NCBI GenBank assembly: GCA_964016885.1
Contig: OZ024740.1
Span: forward strand, 269,514,001 to 269,578,000
Direction of reading: 5' to 3'
Source: Eledone cirrhosa
Taxonomy: Eukaryota
Length of the DNA: 64,000 nucleotides
Shown piece by piece: positions 25,193 through 37,257 of this stretch; positions within the stretch are counted from its first letter, which is position 1, and the number at the start of each line of letters is the position of its first letter. The notes below the pieces were generated by a model. That model was not told where the DNA came from. It saw only the letters and a program-made list of their open reading frames with translations, and did not search any database. The position numbers and the translations under genes are program-made.

Positions 25193-28100
25193 CTTGGGGT
25201 CGTCATGGAAGCAGGGCCACCTGCTCAACGACCTCAGGTCACTAAACATAGATGTAGTGGCCATCAGCGAGACCAGAATCTCCAAAACACGGGCCTTCGC
25301 ACCGATCTTCGGCGGCTACGATGTGTACGCATCTCCCAGCCGTCCTGGATCGGGGGGAGGAGTTGCTGTGCTTTTTTGGAGAGGCTTGGATCTCGCCATA
25401 CGGGCGAGAAGGTAAGTTGGTGGTGCTGGACGAAACCAGCGGAGACGGGCAAGCTTTCAGGCTAGTGGCCGTCTATGCCCCGACAGTAGCAGAGCAGCCT
25501 GATTTCTTCCGGCGTCTGGAGACCTTTCTTGGAACGTCCCGTTCTTTAGTGTTAGTGGGCGACTGGAACGGGATCTTAGATGCACGCTGGGACTGTGTGG
25601 GATTAGCGGATAGGGGGGAGGTTGCAAGAGCCTCACCAACCTGCTCAGGCGTTTTGAACTGTCTTACAGGTACCGATTGGATTTCCCGAATGTGCCAATA
25701 TGGACTTGGACAAATCGCGTAGGGTCATCCAGATCATATCTAGATAGAGTATTTTGTAGGGAAATAGATAGGTCTAGCATAGGCTGTCCACAATTCAAGA
25801 TAGTCAGCTACACGGACCACAAATTCGTGATCTGTGTGGTTGACTTAGATAGGCTTCATAGACGAGGACCCGGCTACTGGAAGCTAAACGCGTCCTTACC
25901 AGCGCGCAAGGCCTACAGAGACCGGATTAGCGAACTAGTTAAGCGGGCGTTGACGGGGGCCATAGACAACAACAAGTGGTGGTTTGCTCTGAAAAGAGCG
26001 ATTAGAATAGAGTCCATTAGGTTTAAGTAAGGCTTTAGCAATAGAGAACAATAGAGCAGAAGGAGAACTAGTTAGTAAATTAGACGAGGCGCTTAGCAAA
26101 GGCATCGCGACCGACGTACTTGCGGCGAAATTGGCCCTTGACCAGTTCTTTAATGCAAAGTACTAAGGCTGCGTTGTCAGAGCTAGGATGCGTGCTCTCA
26201 GACACGTGGGGACGAAAGCCGTTCAATGGGCCCGAGTGGCGGAGGCGCGTCGTGGCAAAAACCACGATCCGGTCTTTGGTGAACCACGACGGGCGCATGC
26301 TACTCGATCCCGGGCAAATGTGTGAAGCTTTTCAGCGACACTTCGCACAGCTGTTCGGGGGCAGCGGCGGACCGGATCGAGGGATGGACTTTAGTGTCTA
26401 CCTCGACTGACTGCCGCGGCTCTCGGCCACTGAGGCGGAGTGTTGCGAAAAGCCGATAACAGCCGCTGAATTACGGGAGGAAATGACTGGCTGCACAAAG
26501 GGTAAATCGCCTGGTTTGGATGGTCTGCCCTATGAACTTTACGTACAGATGCCGACTTGTTCGGAGGCCTATTGGCGGACATCTACTGCAACTGGCAACA
26601 GAACGGGAGAATTCCCAGCTCTGTGAGCCGAGGAGCTGTGGCGCTGCTGAGAAAGGATCCGAACAAGGGGCTTAACAGATAATTTCAGGCCCATAACTCT
26701 GGCCTAGGTGCTAGCAAAGAGGTTGGCGCTTGTCGTTGGTGGTCTGGTGGGAGAGGCTCAAACGTGCGCCATTCCCGACAGATCCATTCACGACAACCTC
26801 CACCTCATGCGATACATCGTAGAGAGGGTAGCTAGGGAACCTGGCACGGGTGGGCCCTTGATCAATTTAGATCAGTCGAAAGCTTTCGATAGGGTCGACC
26901 ATCGTTAACTAGCAGTAGTCCTGAGGGCGGCTGGCTTTGGGCCCGTCTTTAGAGGCTGGATCGCTGCCATGCACAGCGACATCTGCTCTTTGGTGAGAGT
27001 GGACGGTCACCTTTCGGAACCGTTCAACATCATGCGCTCGGTCCGCCAAGGATGTCCCCTCTCGTCCCTCTTGTACGTATTGACTCTCGAGCCATTACTG
27101 CACAAACTGGAGACGTTGAGGAGGGTCCCGCGCGAACTAGGATGCGGAAGATCCGTGTCAGCATATGCGGACGATGTCACTTTAGTGGTGTCGAACGCCA
27201 AACACATCGCGGCGATCGGCACTACATTAAGAGAATACGAAGTGGTGACAGGAGCAATGATCAACCAGGAAAAGACACAGGGCCTGCAGCTCGGCACCTG
27301 GAGAGGCAGGTCCATGCCGTCCAACAGCGTCGTTGGGCGCTGGACGGACGGACCGGTTAAATTGCTAGGGGTCTGGCTCGGTCCGGACCTCCAGACGGAC
27401 AAAAACTGGGACGAGGTGACGAGCAGGGTGGCTTCTCTCACCCAGAAATGGGCGGAGAGGAAGCTATCCCTGAAAGGTCGAGCGGAGGTGGCTAACGCGT
27501 ACATTGCGTCCGTCATCTACTACCGCCTGACCGTCGTACCTTGTCCTAAGCCCCGCCTGACTGCGCTGGAGCGTTTGCTCTTTCGCTTTTTGTGGAAGGG
27601 ACGTGATCCGATGGTCAGGCGGTCCATCTGCTGTCAACACCCGCTACGTGTAGGGCTGGACATGCCGTAGCTGATGTTGCGCAGACACGTGTTCTGGCTA
27701 CGACATATCCACCTCTTCCTCGACGGTGATCAGGTGTGGTCGCCGTTTGCTAGACGCGTCTTTCCCAAGCTCGTCTCCTTCACGGAGCTGCAGTCCTGGG
27801 TCAAGCGAAGACCGAGAGGGAGCGCTTGGAGACTGGAATGTCTTCAGGCGCTCACAGCCCTCGACCAATCGGGCAATGTGATCGGAGGAAACTCCACCTT
27901 GGCGTTCTATAGAGGATTAGTGGAGGGGAAGAGCGACGACGTACTTGGAAAAACTCTAGGCGTCGACGAAAATCAACTAGCCAATCTCTTCGGAAGAACT
28001 TTCGGGCCGGGGCCTATGAACAACTTTCAGAAATCCCTGGCCTGGCAGTGCTACCGAGGAGCTTTGCCAGTTCGGGATAAACTCTACAGGCATGGAGATG

Positions 28101-28531
28101 CCGTCAGCCGGGCATGTCCGAGATGCGGGCAGGGCGAGGAATCCGTCCTGCACACACTCGTCCAGTGTCCGAGCATTGCTGACTTGTGGGTTTATGTCGA
28201 ACACCTGCTGTCGCGTGTAGGACGGATACAGCTATCAGCTGAGTCCATCCTGAGGATTGCCCCGCCCTCTTCCTTTAGCCGGGAAGGGCAGGCAGTTTTT
28301 ATCTGTCTGGTGGCCATGGCGAAAGAGATAGTATGGTGGACACGTTTGAAAGGGCTGAAGACGAGCACTTACTTCTTCAGTGATGCCCTGATTAACTTTT
28401 TCAAATTTCATTTGAAAAGGAAAATCAGGGTGGAGAGGGAAGTGCTCTCTTCCCAGCATTTTGTTGAAAGATGGGTGAGAGAAGCAAGTATGGCCCGAGT
28501 GAATGGGCCTACTCTGAGTATGTGTCTCTAA
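25155..28531 (+). pseudogene. Tx1 ORF2 (APE endonuclease, RT, zinc finger) with multiple stops and frameshifts
   Basis: MASLRIGSINARSL, ISET, VYAP, GDWN, SYLDRV, TDH, GPGYWKLN, AFDRVDH, SVRQGCPLS, YADD, CPRC..H..C. Confidence 0.92.
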
Positions 28532-28780
28532 ATTAAAGGTGGAAAACTGGGAGAGGGCACTTGCCCTGGTGGTCAGTGTCACTGTGGCCTTTTAATGGGG
28601 TTTTTCCACAAATGTCCCTCCGAAGTTTCCCCACTATTGGGGAATTTTTCATTATCATTTTTTGTTACATCCTCTGTTTTTTTTTTTACACGCAGAAATG
28701 CCCATTTGTACCGTCCCGTATTGTCCTGTACTGTCCTTAATGTCTTACTTTATGTAAACCCTTGTGGTTAATAAAGAAAG

Positions 28781-28829
<49 letters not shown>

Positions 28830-28830
<1 letters not shown>

Positions 28831-29442
28831 GCCCACTTATTCCTGAGAGGGTCGCGAGGACAGACCCCTCAAACACACCTTCCAGCGGGGCCTGTAAGAA
28901 GCAACCGTCTCCAACTGATGTGGCTTGATCCCCCAGCGAAACCAGCCAAGCTCATGGATGTTATCGAACCATCTTGCTCGGAGTCTACTCCTGGGTTACA
29001 TGCCGGCTGGTTTTGTCCGTAAAATCTGTCCAGCGATTCTTTCTTGAGACATTCTAACCACATGCTCATAGTATCGGAGATAGGACCTCTCAATTTGGAG
29101 AAGTAGCGGCTCTACCTGGATTGACTCTCTGATCTCCGAGCTACTCACTCTATCGAGTAACGTTACTCCAAGGACCCCTCGGAGGAACCCCATTTCAGCA
29201 GTTTCTATTCGCGATTGTATTCCTACGGTCATTACCCAAGATTCATGACCATAGTGAAGAGTTGGCACGAATAACGAATTGAAGATAGCAAGTTTGGCAT
29301 TTACACCCACCTCCCCACTGATGACTGAATGCTGAAGCTGGTGCCTTACTGCAGCAGCTCCTGCAATTCTTGTACTTAGTTCAGTCTCCTGCATTCCATC
29401 ACTCGTGAACACGACCGCAAGTTACTTGTTCAGGAGTAGTGG
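28830..29442 (-). mobile_element. 5'-truncated RTE-clade LINE
   Basis: ORF 28996-29412: KLAIFNSLFVPTLHYGHESW..ETAEMGFLRGVLGVTLLDRV..IERSYLRYYEHVVRM. (AAT)n tail in sense. TSD AACTGTGATCT at 29443-29453 and 20179-20189. Confidence 0.88.
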
Positions 29443-29908
29443 AACTGTGATCTACTACTCCAAAATATAAAACGGGCCTGGGAGTGTGAGTGGATGGTTA
29501 CACCATCCTAAGACTACGATGATTGTTACAGTGCCATAGTTCAAAATTCTTTTAGTAATGCTTGAGTTTTGGTCCAGAGATGGCCTTTATTGAGCAGAAT
29601 TATGATTAAGAAATTTCAAACATGATTGTCTCAGTTTTTCTTTCCATACATGTTATATTTATTCATAGTGTATGAGTATTTTGAAGGGAACTTAGTTCAT
29701 ATTTCTAGCATGTCAAAGGACCACATATCTGAAGGTGACTGGCTGAGCTTTTAATTTCAATTTCAGAGAGAGTCCCTTTCAATAATGCCTTGGTTTGATA
29801 CAAATAGTTGTAATATGGAAAATGATTCTGTTATGAGAATGTTACATGCTTTTTTACTTTTAAACCAGAACAAGATTTATTTTTTCCAAGAGATACTCAC
29901 CGTCAACT

Positions 29909-30132
<224 letters not shown>

Positions 30133-30259
30133 TACATTCTACTAATATAGGGAATGTCTTACTCACTGCCATTACCTCTGACTGAAACCCATATATATAT
30201 ATTAGAAAGCGACGTGAAAAATAACCGAGGTGTCCTACACGAGTGAAAGTATAAAAAAA

Positions 30260-30527
30260 GAAGATGAAATCGAAAATGCAGCTGGAGTCTTTTTTTTTTT
30301 AAATATATATTTATTTGGTTCCTTTACCGGTTTCGCAGTTCTTCTGCTTTCCAAAAGTAGAATTGAGATGGAGGGTCTGTGGTTTTTCTCATATCTGGGA
30401 GAAACCACAGACCCTCCATCTCAATTCTACTTTTGGAAAGCAGAAGAACTGCGAAACCGGTAAAGGAACCAAATAAATATATATTTAAAAAAAAAAAGAC
30501 TCCAGCTGCATTTTCGATTTCATCTTC
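30260..30527. repeat. Perfect 126-bp-arm palindrome containing a variant HHR motif in each arm
   Basis: 30260-30385 is the reverse complement of 30402-30527. Motif ctt-TTGGAAA-GCAG-aagaa-CTGC-GAAA-CCGG-TA|aag at 30430-30465. Confidence 0.9.
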
Positions 30528-30532
30528 CTTCG

Positions 30533-30590
<58 letters not shown>

Positions 30591-30593
<3 letters not shown>

Positions 30594-32067
30594 TTAGTTA
30601 AGCAAAACAAGACACCAAATTTCACAAGGAAGACATTATTTAAAGATTGTCAACATAGTTATAGTTTAATGTAAGGAATGTAAGGAATAATAATAATAAT
30701 AATAATAATAATGTCCGTTTACAATTGTTTCGCTACTCCATATAATGTTTCTGGATCAAATGATTATAGATCATTATTGATCTGGTTCAGATGAAGATAA
30801 TTAACTTAGGTAAAAATGGAACCTCAGCAGTAACTAGAACTGCCGTTACCCTGTTGCATGCTCATTAAACGGACAATGCCTTACACCCAATATAGTTTAT
30901 AGGCGCACAGTTAAAACAGCATCGCATAACAGCTCCTATATTGGCTCTACCTCTAACCCCTTTAAGGTACGCTATAATGCGCACTCATTTTCCTTCCGAG
31001 ACCCTGGCAATAGATATTCAACATCTCTAGTTAGGCTCATTAAAAATCTTAAATTAACCAACATTGAACACTCACTAACATGGGATATCTTGGCTAGAGC
31101 CCAAGCGTTCAATGAACGAAGAAACTCTTGTGATCTTTGTCTTACCGAAGTCTATTACATAACTCTATCACGACCTCTATCGATTAACGATAGAACGGAG
31201 GTAACTATTAGCTGTCAACATCGAAGTGCAAATTCCTTCGCCAACAGAATATTTGACCCAACATAGTCATCTAATCCCACTTTTACTTATAGCTAACTTG
31301 TTAAATAGTTAACCCTGACTTAGATAATTATAAGTTACCTCCCTTACATTGTCTCTCACTTAAACTCATTAGCACTTCTTAGCTATAAATCACCTACAAT
31401 TTCTAATCTCTCGATGAGTTACTTCCCCAGAAACCAGCCTCTAATTAGTAAGGTAAATATGTCCTTAGGCGGCCATCTTGTTACCCATAGGCAGATCTCG
31501 CATCATGCAGCCTCGACAGAAGAATATTGCTCGCCTATAGCAAACAATAGATAGATCCAGGACACCATAGTGAAATTCCAATATATGGAACATTACATTC
31601 ATGTAACCATCTTTCTTTACCTTACTTTATATTCCTTATTCTATCGTACCTTTATCAATATTTCATTATCTCTTTTGAAGTTCCGATGAACTGCTCCATT
31701 TTAACCTGAACCAAATCAGTAATGATCTATAATCATTTTATCCAGAAACATTATATGGAGTAGCGAAACAATTGTAAACGGACATTATTATTATTATTAT
31801 TATTCTTTAAATTCCTTACATTAAACTACAACCATGTTGACAATCTTTAAATAATGTCTTCCTTGTGAAATTCGTGGTCTTGTTTTGCTTAACTAATGAA
31901 TATTTCTAGCTCTGTGCACCTAACCTCTGCATGAACCCAGCCATCTAGCTCTCTTCCACTGCATATTGCACATTGAGCCCTTACGGTTTTGGCTTCTAAC
32001 TAATTCACCAATCTCTCTTCTCCTCTCCTATCTCCATCTCTCTCGTTAAGATGGGTTTACTCTTAAA

Positions 32068-32070
<3 letters not shown>
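30591..32070 (+). mobile_element. 5'-truncated Penelope-like element (Naiad-type): inverted pLTR, GIY-YIG ORF end, 3' pLTR with HHR
   Basis: 30591-30820 is an inverted copy of ~31695-31900. ORF at 30838-31266; HHR motif at 31680-31779; (TA)n on both sides. Confidence 0.88.
30838..31266 (+). CDS. GIY-YIG endonuclease domain of a Penelope-like element (open, startless; absent from the ORF track)
   Basis: My translation: NCRYPVACSLNGQCLTPNIVYRRTVKTASHNSSYIGSTSNPFKVRYNAHSFSFR..STSL..WDILARA..CDLCLTEVYYI..INDRTEVTISCQHR..*. Confidence 0.88.
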   Translation, partial: NCRYPVACSLNGQCLTPNIVYRRTVKTASHNSSYIGSTSNPFKVRYNAHSFSFRDPGNRYSTSLVRLIKNLKLTNIEHSLTWDILARAQAFNERRNSCDLCLTEVYYITLSRPLSINDRTEVTISCQHRSANSFANRIFDPT

Positions 32071-32108
<38 letters not shown>

Positions 32109-32115
<7 letters not shown>

Positions 32116-33024
32116 AAATGCTCTGAAATAGCGATATATATGTGAAGATAGACATAGAATATTCGAAAATATTCTGTATGTTTATAATAAACATTTTGAA
32201 GACCTAATCGCTATAGAATAGAATACGTCACGTATTACAATTAGATTCTCGATAAAAGCAAGGGAAGTAACCTACGCGTTTCATTCTTATTAGAAATCTT
32301 CAGGATTACATATCCAGTGCTTTTATCGAGAATGACACAGCTAGAGACTTATAGAATACTTAGCTGTGTACAGGAACTGGTTTGAAAGAGCGGTTGCCGG
32401 TCCGGCAGAAATTAGAAATTGGATTAAATGCTCTGAAATAGCGATATATATGTGAAGATAGACATAGAATATTCGAAAATATTCTGTATGTTTATAATAA
32501 ACATTTTGAAGACCTAATCGCTATAGAATAGAATACGTCACGTATTACAATTAGATTCTGAAGATTTCTAATAAGAATGAAACGCGTAGGTTACTTCCCT
32601 TGCTTTTATCGAGAATCTAATTGTAATACGTGACGTATTCTATTCTATAGCGATTAGGTCTTCAAAATGTTTATTATAAACATACAGAATATTTTCGAAT
32701 ATTCTATGTCTATCTTCACATATATATCGCTATTTCAGAGCATTTAATCCAATTTCTAATTTCTGCCGGACCGGCAACCGCTCTTTCAAACCAGTTCCTG
32801 TACACAGCTAAGTATTCTATAAGTCTCTAGCTGTGTCATTCTCGATAAAAGCACTGGATATGTAATCCTGAAGATTTCTAATAAGAATGAAACGCGTAGG
32901 TTACTTCCCTTGCTTTTATCGAGAATCTAATTGTAATACGTGACGTATTCTATTCTATAGCGATTAGGTCTTCAAAATGTTTATTATAAACATACAGAAT
33001 ATTTTCGAATATTCTATGTCTATC

Positions 33025-33028
<4 letters not shown>
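32109..33028. mobile_element. Retrozyme-like / non-autonomous PLE: 310-bp monomers in tandem and inverted arrangement
   Basis: ~1.45 units on minus (32109-32559) fused to ~1.5 units on plus (32558-33028). Copies look identical; three HHR cores; (TA)n flanks. Confidence 0.8.
32838..32926 (+). ncRNA. Type I hammerhead ribozyme motif with extended stem I (mirror copy at ~32245-32333, minus)
   Basis: ATTCTCGATAAAAGCA-loop-GTAATC-CTGAAGA-tTTCT-aata-AGAAt-GAAA-CGCG-TA|GGTTAC-loop-TGCTTTTATCGAGAAT. Confidence 0.78.
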
Positions 33029-33084
<56 letters not shown>

Positions 33085-34587
33085 CATGAATCTATTAATA
33101 AATGAATTCTCAGTCACTCATATTCACCAACATTTAGCTGGGATAAACTACTGACGTGAACTGCTTTTGGATCGCTTGAACCGGTTTAACCCCACGAAGT
33201 TACAGCGGCGCATCCACGAATAAGCACCTTATCTTCTGCAACTATATATATATGTATTACTCTTACACGAATGCGCTTATATTGCGGAATGTCATTAAAT
33301 GGTCATTCATAACTAGACTACTGTATCAGAAATATGAACAAATATATTAAAATTTCTTACACAGATTCTCTATAACCACCTTATAAACTAAGTACAATAA
33401 AAATTTATGTTCTGCAGCAAAATATAAGAAAGGTTTCCACCTCATTGAAAATATCGTCAATGTTGTAAATCCCATCAAAAGAAAAAAGAAAAAGTACACT
33501 TTTGGATTCCACTTACTTATGATTAGAATGCTGATTGTGTTTAAGTCGTTGATAATAAAAGCAGAAATATTCCCGAATCCTTACAGAATTTGTTTTCTAT
33601 TTTTCATTTAATTTTTAACATCGAGAAATGCATTTATTTCAGCTTCTGATCCGTTTGCCAATAGATACTTTCAATTCTAAATCTAAGCTGCATCATTTCT
33701 AATATAAATCGATCTCTAATACTACATTGTTAGATTAAAGGCTGCCAAAGGATTCGCAAGTAACACCTACATATGATTATATTTTAAACTTAAATGACCT
33801 ACACACATGTTATACTTTGATCATGATGTCACTTATGTTTCTAAAGTAGTTTTCTACTCAATACAATTCAATTCGAGAATTCATACTTGCAGTAGGAAAA
33901 TTCTGTGAATTGAATTATTACTGAAGATAATATCAATTTATTTCTATGTCGTTTGTAAAACTGTTTCGATTTATTGAAACCTGAAGAAAACTGTGCATAT
34001 TATCCATCCGTTAATAAGGTTTAATCAATAATTTGTCCCTAAAATTAATTTTAGTATGCACTTGATTTACATAACCAACTAAAGAAATATTTATAATTTT
34101 CATGCGTTATATAACATTTATTATGAAAAGATTATTGAGATACAACTATTCTTAAGAGACTTCTAATATTGAAATATTCAATTCCTATTTGCCGAAGAAT
34201 TTTGACAGCAGTTTTATAGATGTGTAGTATGTTAAGAAATAGTGAAGTGTTTTTCATTGAACGAGAATTTTAACGAAACAAATTTAAAATATATTCTAGG
34301 TTTTTGAAATTTGACGGCTTTCAAAAAGTAACAAGAGTTTTATCTCGGGAGTCTCATTATTCTGGTGATATCACATCACGTTGGTGTTTAAGTTAAGATT
34401 TCTGTTATCTTAAGGTAGTAAAAATATAGCCAAATCTAACATCAGAAAATATACATAGACACAGACAGACAGATAGATACAGACACACACACACACACAA
34501 ACGCACACACACCCACAAACATACGCACATACGCACATACGCACACACACACACGCATCCCAAAACACACACACACATACATACATA

Positions 34588-34660
<73 letters not shown>

Positions 34661-34829
34661 CAAGGGGACAAAAAATAGGTACAAAATGTCTTATTAGTTT
34701 CGCGCTTTATATTGGAAAGAGGAAAGAAAGTTCGACGTGTCGGGCTTAAGCCCCTCTTAAGGAGTACAAAATAAAGACAAGATCACAATGGAGAAACAGA
34801 AAAAAAAGGTCCAGTAAAGACACAAAAAA

Positions 34830-34967
34830 TGTATGAAATTCCGTTATAACAAAAAATTCTTTATAATGAGATCGACGTAACACATCGAGCGTGTGATCGG
34901 GGATTGGAAAAAAAATTATTTTTACCGAAAAATTCGTTATAATGGTATTCGTTATAACGGAATTTTA

Positions 34968-34972
<5 letters not shown>
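34830..34972. mobile_element. pogo/Tigger-like MITE remnant
   Basis: aaattccgttataac ... gttataacggaattttacc-TA inverted termini. Confidence 0.55.
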
Positions 34973-35011
<39 letters not shown>

Positions 35012-35013
35012 TG

Positions 35014-35050
<37 letters not shown>

Positions 35051-35219
35051 CAACTAGAAATGATTGACATATATATATATATTTAAAATAAACACATGAA
35101 ACAATCACAGGGGATAATTTGTAAAGTGTGTAATCACACATAGCTAGGTAGGTAACTAATTAAAGTTTAACTAGAGCTTCAAATATTACCTTTTAAAAAA
35201 GAATGATTAATCCTCCTTT

Positions 35220-35274
<55 letters not shown>

Positions 35275-35327
35275 GTGATATTGACGGATGCGAGAATAGG
35301 TACTAACAATACCGAAGAAGAGTTTAA

Positions 35328-35490
35328 TATTTGTTTCTACTTTTAGCATAAGGCCAGCAATTATCCCAGTGGATTACTAGTACTTTATTTTATCGATCCC
35401 GTAAGGATGAAACGCAAAGTTAACCTCGGCGGGATTTGAACCGAGACCATAAAGGGCCGTAACTCTTTGCTGCAAAGCATGGCGTCATGC
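35328..35490 (-). mobile_element. MetaSINE-type copy
   Basis: Same family as 16545. Confidence 0.85.
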
Positions 35491-35779
35491 TCTCTTGTGG
35501 CTTGTTACTGTGTAATTTCATCTGAATACTTACATAATTGTCAGATAAGCAATGATAAAGAATATTACACACACACACACACGCACTCTCACACACACAC
35601 ACACACACGCACACACTCAAACACACACACACACACACTCTCTCACTCACACACACACACACATATACACACACACTCTCACACACACATACATATATAT
35701 ACATATATATAGAGAGTAACCCGAAGCCGAAAACATGCGATATACTTAACCGCACACATATAGTTACACACATTTGAAC

Positions 35780-36199
35780 ATACACAGCATAACACAAACA
35801 GAAGCACAAGGAGGCGCTCACACACACACACACACGCTCGCACACACACACACACACACACATACATAGCATCACACATACACGGCATAACACAAACAGA
35901 AGCACAAGAAGGCGCTCGCACACACACACGCACACATCTCGCACACACATACACACACACATACATACAAAGCATCACACATACACAGCATAACACAAAC
36001 AGACGCACAAGGAGGCGCTCACACACACACACACACAGACACATACATACATAGCATCACACATACACCGCATAACACAAACAGAAGCACAAGGAGGCGC
36101 TCACACACACACACACGCTCGCACACACACACACACACACACATACATACATAGCATCACACATACACATCATAACACAACCAGAAACACAAGGAGGCG

Positions 36200-36233
<34 letters not shown>

Positions 36234-36299
36234 CGCACACACACACATACATAGCATCACACATACACAGCATAACACAATAAGAAGCACAAGGAGGCG

Positions 36300-36345
<46 letters not shown>

Positions 36346-36516
36346 TACATACATAGCATCACACATACACATCATAACACAAACAGAAGCACAAGGAGGC
36401 ACCCACACACACACAAGCTCGCACACACACACACGCTCGCACACACACACACACGCTCGCACACACACACACACGCTCGCACACACACACACACACACAC
36501 ATACATACATAGCATC
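35780..36516. repeat. Composite minisatellite: ~50-bp constant block + variable (CA)n, about 7 units
   Basis: catagcatcacacatacacagcataacacaaacagaagcacaaggaggcgctc repeated. Confidence 0.9.
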
Positions 36517-37257
36517 ACTTGGTAGAGAAAGTGATTAGAGTGTTGAAATTCCACAGGATGACCAAAGGCTGCTGGGTAGGACGGAGTTCAGGCTCATGGT
36601 CAAAGTCTTGTATGCGATGACTGTTCGTGTGCTTTATCGTGCATTTAATGGTGTGTGTGTGCATGTGTGTGTATTTGTCTGTCAGAGTATGTGCGTATTT
36701 CTTTATGAGTATGTGGCAATACACACACATACACTCTCTCTTACATACACACTAATATACACACTGTAAGGCCGTTCACACATGAACGCACGTAAATGGA
36801 CACACAATCATGTACACAGCGACACACATGAACATATTCACTCACACACATATTCACACACACGCAGTCACACACACGTATATTATACGTGAGACACGTA
36901 TATTATACACATACAGATAGCTCCAAATCTATATGTTTAGACAGATACACACATTCACATGGAACCACTACACACACAGACACACACACGTTCTTGAAAT
37001 AAACACACCTTTCCCACATGAAGTCGATGCACTTCAGTTGTACACACACACACGCCAGCACCATTGCCTGCCTTACACACTCAGCTACCATGGACGCATT
37101 CATACATTTCATTTTCCCGATTCCACACCTTTTCTTGATCACATCCATTCTTTTATACCTAATTTCTTCCCCACTCACATTTCTTTCTTGAGAAAGGACT
37201 AACGCCAAGAAAGTAGAGGGAATATTTTTCCCCTTTAGCTAGCGTTAACTAAATAAC

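Larger units (their letters stand above)
22848..28781 (+). mobile_element. Tx1-clade LINE copy B, apparently full length (~5.9 kb), decayed
   Basis: 5' UTR, ORF1, overlapping ORF2, 3' UTR with AATAAA; (ATT)n on both sides; clearly diverged from copy A. Confidence 0.92.

Noticed and set aside
20575-28582. Antisense and alternative-frame ORFs overlapping the Tx1 elements
   Set aside because: Shadow ORFs of GC-richer retrotransposon coding sequence.
31414-31462. SECIS-like ATGA-13 nt-AAA...AAGGTAA stem in the Naiad 3' UTR
   Set aside because: The required 3' GA of the quartet is missing (ATAT), helix II is short, and the retained ORF fragment has no in-frame UGA. Worth rechecking only on a family consensus.
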